Part shown: piece by piece, positions 59,909-64,000 of the stretch | How the letters are laid out: each line of letters begins with the position of its first letter | Numbering within the stretch: position 1 is the first letter of the stretch | Assembly (NCBI GenBank): GCA_038245785.1 | Contig: JBBRSB010000001.1 | Coordinates: forward strand, 256,001 to 320,000 | Source of the DNA: Gloeobacterales cyanobacterium | GTDB lineage: Bacteria > Cyanobacteriota > Cyanobacteriia > Gloeobacterales > PMM-0068 | Direction: 5' to 3' | DNA length: 64,000 nt | Program-made: the position numbers and the translations under genes | Notes under the pieces: generated by a model | The model's input: the letters and a program-made list of their open reading frames with translations, nothing else | Databases searched by the model: none | Told to the model about the DNA's origin: nothing

Positions 59909-60847
59909 GTGAGGCTTTTCGTGACTGTATCAGCATTTGGTGGATTTGAATCGCAGTCTATTGACCTGGAGCATATCCAAGTGGTCATTATTCCTGTTCC
60001 TTATCAAGCGGCCCTCAATCAGGCCACCAGTCAGGGTCCGCAGGCGATCCTATCCGCCAGCCGCAATCTGGACCTATTTGATGAGGAATTAGGCTATGAG
60101 CCCTACCAGGTGGGTATCGCAACGGCTTCAGCCTTTTGGGATGAGCCCCCCTTTGCCCGCACCGAACAGGCCACGATGGAGGTACTCAAGCAGGGCAAGT
60201 TCCCGATTTTGATCGGGGGAGAGCAGGCCTTGAGTATTGGGGCTATCCGTGCTGCCTGGAAACAATATCCAAACCTATGCGTGGTGCATGTGGATGCCCG
60301 TCTCGATCTAGTCTCTGGAGAAGACCCCTATGCTTCCAGGTCTGTCATGGCCCGCGTCCATGGATTAGGAATCCCTCTGGTACAGGTGGGGATTCGGGCT
60401 CTGAGCATGGATGAATCTCAGTGGTTGTCTTCGCCTGCAGGACTTGGCAATACCGTGTTTTGGGCAAGAGACTTTGTCGATCACTGTCCGGTAAAAGATA
60501 GCACCAAGGCTTGGGATATGAATAAGGTTGTAGAGGCTATCCCCAAGGATGCTCCGGTCTTCTTAACCGTCGATTTACATGGGCTGGACCCCAGCATGTT
60601 GCCTGCCATCTATGCTCCAGTCCCTGGGGGAATAACCTGGTACCCGATGCTTCGACTTCTGCGGCACCTGTGTGAAGCCCGAAATGTAGTAGCTGCAGAT
60701 TTCTTGGAACTGATGCCGATGGTTGGTCAGGAGCAGTGCGATGCGCTCGTGGCCCGGCTTATCTATAAGCTGATTGGCTATCGCTTTAACGCCACGCAAA
60801 AAAAACCAGCAGCTCCGAGCAAAACGAAAGCGTCCCGCTCGAAATAA
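59909..60847 (+). CDS. Agmatinase/ureohydrolase-fold protein with degenerate metal site
   Basis: GPQAILSAS, GGEQ, DARLD, QVGIR, VDLHGLDP, PVPGG, DFLEL. Confidence 0.8.
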   Translation: MRLFVTVSAFGGFESQSIDLEHIQVVIIPVPYQAALNQATSQGPQAILSASRNLDLFDEELGYEPYQVGIATASAFWDEPPFARTEQATMEVLKQGKFPILIGGEQALSIGAIRAAWKQYPNLCVVHVDARLDLVSGEDPYASRSVMARVHGLGIPLVQVGIRALSMDESQWLSSPAGLGNTVFWARDFVDHCPVKDSTKAWDMNKVVEAIPKDAPVFLTVDLHGLDPSMLPAIYAPVPGGITWYPMLRLLRHLCEARNVVAADFLELMPMVGQEQCDALVARLIYKLIGYRFNATQKKPAAPSKTKASRSK

Positions 60848-60872
60848 CCGAGCAGGACGCTTTCAAAAGACT

Positions 60873-60968
60873 TAAGTAGATAGGTGGGTGGTCTTAACCC
60901 CCGGCTATCGCCGTCCCCCTTATCAAGGGGGACTATAGGGGGTCTTCTTAATTCCACCTATCTACTTA
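60873..60968. repeat. Miniature element with 15 bp terminal inverted repeats and an internal hairpin
   Basis: taagtagataggtgg (60873-60887) / ccacctatctactta (60954-60968); internal gtcccccttatcaagggggac. Confidence 0.8.
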
Positions 60969-61289
60969 CTTCGTTTCTACAAGCTCTCTGGCCTCAGCTT
61001 CCTCAGGCGCTGTATGCACAGGAAACTCTTCTAGATTGACTTCTGCCGCCGTTGCCGGAGGAATAGCTTGCTTCTGCATCACCCAGAAAGCGGCGGAGGC
61101 AAGACCAAAAATCACAGCGGTACTGATCAGGGTTGAAGGGTTGTTGAACCAGCTTATGAAGAATCCACCGCCGCCAGAGCTTCCAGAGCCCAAGGCCTGT
61201 GTGGAATTCAGAGACTGCGTTAAGGGACATGCAATGATATCCAACATAGGCATACCTACATAAAAAGCATAGTTAGCAGTTTGCCACAC
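60966..61289 (-). CDS. Hypothetical single-TM protein
   Basis: TM segment LISTAVIFGLASAAFWVM and acidic tail; true start probably downstream of 61289. Confidence 0.5.
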   Translation of the reverse strand: MWQTANYAFYVGMPMLDIIACPLTQSLNSTQALGSGSSGGGGFFISWFNNPSTLISTAVIFGLASAAFWVMQKQAIPPATAAEVNLEEFPVHTAPEEAEARELVETK

Positions 61290-61363
61290 TTATTTAGGAT
61301 TGGCTCAGATCTTGATAGATCTATTTTTTGTGTTGCTTATGCTACACAATTTACACTTCAAAT

Positions 61364-62182
61364 CTAAAGTTTTAGAAAATCTCGGATGTGCGCGTAATAA
61401 GCTTGTGGTTCTTCCAACATGGGGAAATGGCCACTCTGTTTCATGAGGGCAAAAGTCATCGCGGGATTTGCTACTAATGCCTTTCTGGCCAACTTTTCTG
61501 GGATGATTTGGTCATGGGCTCCCGCAAATAATAGGGTTGGCATTTTAAGCTGGGCAAACTCTTTCGGTAGCTCTTCAGCGGCATATTTGCTAACAGAGCT
61601 ATAGAGCGTTCCCATCGCTGCCTCTTGATTGCATAGTACGTAGTCTTCCAAAAATTCTTTAGGAAAGGGATTGGGCAAAGATTTATGGACAAACCGCTGT
61701 TGAAATAAGAAAGGGGCCAGGGGGACTTTGACTAACCATGAGGGTCTAAAGCCAACGACGATGCGGCTAAAGAAGTAAAACAGTTCAAAAGCGACCTTGT
61801 TGTAGTCATAGACTCCTGAGCAGGTAAGAATCAGTTTCTGCACTCTTTCTGGATAATGATTGGCAAAAAGAAGCCCAATAGAAGCTCCCGTGGAGTGGCT
61901 ATTCAAATATATTTTTTCAATCTCTAACTGGTCTAAGATTTCTTTCAAATCCTCTGCATAGGTCGCTAAGTCAAAAGATTCACCCAATTGAGGCGCTTGC
62001 GATTGGCCAAAGCCTCTGAGGTCATAGGTAAGCGTAGAAAGGTCTTTTTGAAAATGGTCTACGGTTCCCTGCCAGTAGCGTTTGGAACCTCCCCAGCCGT
62101 GGACATGAACGAGCACAGGCTGCTGAGGATTGCTTTTTTCAAATTGCACTTCGTGGGGTACACCCCGGACTAAGAGCTTCAT
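61364..62182 (-). CDS. Alpha/beta hydrolase
   Basis: HGWGGS, YDLRGFG, SHSTGA, GAHD, GHFPMLE. Confidence 0.88.
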   Translation of the reverse strand: MKLLVRGVPHEVQFEKSNPQQPVLVHVHGWGGSKRYWQGTVDHFQKDLSTLTYDLRGFGQSQAPQLGESFDLATYAEDLKEILDQLEIEKIYLNSHSTGASIGLLFANHYPERVQKLILTCSGVYDYNKVAFELFYFFSRIVVGFRPSWLVKVPLAPFLFQQRFVHKSLPNPFPKEFLEDYVLCNQEAAMGTLYSSVSKYAAEELPKEFAQLKMPTLLFAGAHDQIIPEKLARKALVANPAMTFALMKQSGHFPMLEEPQAYYAHIRDFLKL

Positions 62183-62472
62183 GATCTAGGGGTATCAAAT
62201 AACTTTTCGATATCTTGAGAAGAAGGGGTTGCGGGGAGAAAGTGTCGAATTACGGTCAGGTGTTCCACCAAACGGAGCCAGAGGGCATTGAACACACCAG
62301 GGTGCAGTCCTTCACAGGTCACTTGGTAGACCTTGGAGTAATCTTCTTCCAGCAAAACCTCGATCTTGCCTTCAAAGATGATGCCATTGTCGGCCAGGTC
62401 ATAGGTCCGGTCATCATCGTAAATGATGTATTGACGCTCCGGGCTTGCGATAATCTGCACCTTTCGTTGCAT
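62179..62472 (-). CDS. Hypothetical protein
   Basis: 97 aa ORF with a 4 bp overlap with the hydrolase. Confidence 0.6.
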   Translation of the reverse strand: MQRKVQIIASPERQYIIYDDDRTYDLADNGIIFEGKIEVLLEEDYSKVYQVTCEGLHPGVFNALWLRLVEHLTVIRHFLPATPSSQDIEKLFDTPRS

Positions 62473-62633
62473 ACCGCTTCCAATCTGTGGAATCTGTAAA
62501 CTATCTCAGACTAACGCTCCTGATTATGGAAGTGTCTTCCTCTTCAGGTTTTCTTTAATGACCCGTAAGGGCCACGCTTGGGTTCTCGAGATACTGAGAA
62601 GACGCAAACCATGGCTTGCCCCTAAACCGATAC

Positions 62634-62852
62634 CTAACGCAGTTCGTTTCTGGAAAAGTAGCGCTCTAGGTCAGCTTGAGCTTGCTGAGCAGGACTGGCG
62701 GTATTTTGCGCATCCATACGCGGAAGTAGATTTCGGGCTTGGAGTGCCATATGCACGTGAAGGTCGGCAACGTAGGCACTCATCTCTTCTTGAGAGGATC
62801 TTATATTTTGCTCTGCTGAGGACAAGGGGGATACTCCTGATTGCGATGCCAA
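62634..62852 (-). CDS. Small conserved cyanobacterial hypothetical protein
   Basis: 72 aa; MSAYVADLHVHMALQARNL. Confidence 0.6.
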   Translation of the reverse strand: MASQSGVSPLSSAEQNIRSSQEEMSAYVADLHVHMALQARNLLPRMDAQNTASPAQQAQADLERYFSRNELR

Positions 62853-62912
62853 ATTAACACGCTCATTCGTACATTGTTTCAGGAATGTAAAAAAGATTTA
62901 CGTTCCTATAAT

Positions 62913-63356
62913 TCATTTACCCTTTTTGGTTCCCAAGAACCCCTTGAGCTTTTCAAAGAAGTTGCCCACCTGAAGCGGACGAACAGCAGGAGTGTATGGA
63001 TCATCTGGAAATTCCACATTCCGGAAGCTGTATTCCATCGGGGGCTTTTCTTTTTTCCAAGCCTTATCCAGTAAAAGGGCGTTCTGATAGAGCTTTTCTT
63101 CCATGTCAAAAATAGCCTTGTTCACCCCAATGCTCGTTTTGGAACCGACCTTCCCTAGCGCTTTCCAGTCTACTGAGGAGCCTTGAGGCCGAGCGAAAAT
63201 TTCAAAAATAGGACCATCTGATTCTTCTAATTGTTTCTTCGCCTTGAAGTCTTCATCGGAGAGCCGAGGCATCATCATCGGTTTTCTTTTCTTGGGGCGA
63301 GGAGAGGGCGCTTCCATGGGTGCGCCAAACCCTTTGCCATTTTTATCTTGGGTCAT
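62913..63356 (-). CDS. HHL1-like protein
   Basis: GKGFG start, PIFEIFAR, AIFDMEEKL, EYSFR..FPDDP..AVRP pattern. Confidence 0.6.
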   Translation of the reverse strand: MTQDKNGKGFGAPMEAPSPRPKKRKPMMMPRLSDEDFKAKKQLEESDGPIFEIFARPQGSSVDWKALGKVGSKTSIGVNKAIFDMEEKLYQNALLLDKAWKKEKPPMEYSFRNVEFPDDPYTPAVRPLQVGNFFEKLKGFLGTKKGK

Positions 63357-63415
63357 GAATTTAAAAAGTATTGCGGTTTCACTATATTACTGCCTTGGAC
63401 CGCGATCCCAGCGCC

Positions 63416-63913
63416 CTAAGAAGCTTCCTGTAGCGGAACTTTTGCAACCGATTCTGCGGCCGCTTGAACAACTAAGACGGAACAAGGGCTGTGGTGCATC
63501 ACATAATTACTCACAGACCCCAGGATCATCTCTGAGACTCCCCGCAATCCCCTACGACCAATCACTACCAAGTCTGCATCTATTTCTTGGGCGTAGGCAC
63601 AGATGAGTTGCCCTATGGGGCCTGTTCGATATTCCCAATACGCCATAACGTCCTCTGCGTTGGCCTGCGTGCATCTTTGTTGAAGCTGCCCCGTGTCGTC
63701 GCCTTCGTGTCTAATCTCATTCACTTCCGTAGAGAGGGGAGTCCACATCGGATAGGAGTAGGGAGGAATGGGAGCGATCGTAGGGAACGGTATCTCTGTG
63801 GCTCCAAAGATAAACAGCTCAGCCTGAAGCCGCTTAGCCAAAGCCAGTGCCTTCTCAAAAGCTTGTTGAGCCTCAGGCGTATCATTGAACGCTACAAGAA
63901 TGCGTTGAAACAT
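63416..63913 (-). CDS. Universal stress protein
   Basis: FQRILVAF, DLVVIGRRG, LGSVSNYVMHHSPCSVLVV. Confidence 0.92.
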   Translation of the reverse strand: MFQRILVAFNDTPEAQQAFEKALALAKRLQAELFIFGATEIPFPTIAPIPPYSYPMWTPLSTEVNEIRHEGDDTGQLQQRCTQANAEDVMAYWEYRTGPIGQLICAYAQEIDADLVVIGRRGLRGVSEMILGSVSNYVMHHSPCSVLVVQAAAESVAKVPLQEAS

Positions 63914-64000
63914 AAGTCCATCCCTAGATTACTGGGTGTGAAGCAAAGGTAGCCCACACAAAAAGCAAGACTACGGTAAACCACAACCAGAGAATCAAAG

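Overview
A 64 kb chromosomal window from a cyanobacterium. The gene content, the scarcity of HIP1 sites and a PsaI/PsaZ-like peptide suggest an early-branching Gloeobacterales-like lineage (inference). Housekeeping genes (glgA, queG, pyrR, purE/purK, ahcY, carA, murE, egtD, probable mcdAB, and a small psaI-like ORF missed by the ORF track) are interspersed with accessory blocks. The strongest signal is a five-gene minus-strand cluster (20.6-36.9 kb): four secreted DUF11/Ig-like proteins plus a predicted outer-membrane beta-barrel. Its DUF11 domains appear split into N-terminal donor hairpins and C-terminal truncated acceptor domains, distributed as a polymerising surface filament would require: anchor = donor only, shaft = donor + acceptor, two alternative tips = acceptor only. 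This suggests an undescribed donor-strand, possibly isopeptide-crosslinked, pilus. Other notable items: two inverted-repeat miniature elements carrying differently deleted DUF559 endonuclease remnants, a ~22 nt element nested in three hairpin repeats, a HipA-like kinase/HipS-HIRAN module, two PIN toxin-antitoxin pairs, a pseudo-agmatinase, a duplicated glycosylase-like gene with LexA-box-like sites, an IS6 relic and a head-to-head deletion scar. No rRNA, tRNA or CRISPR array was seen. All family calls come from motif recognition by eye; no searches were run.
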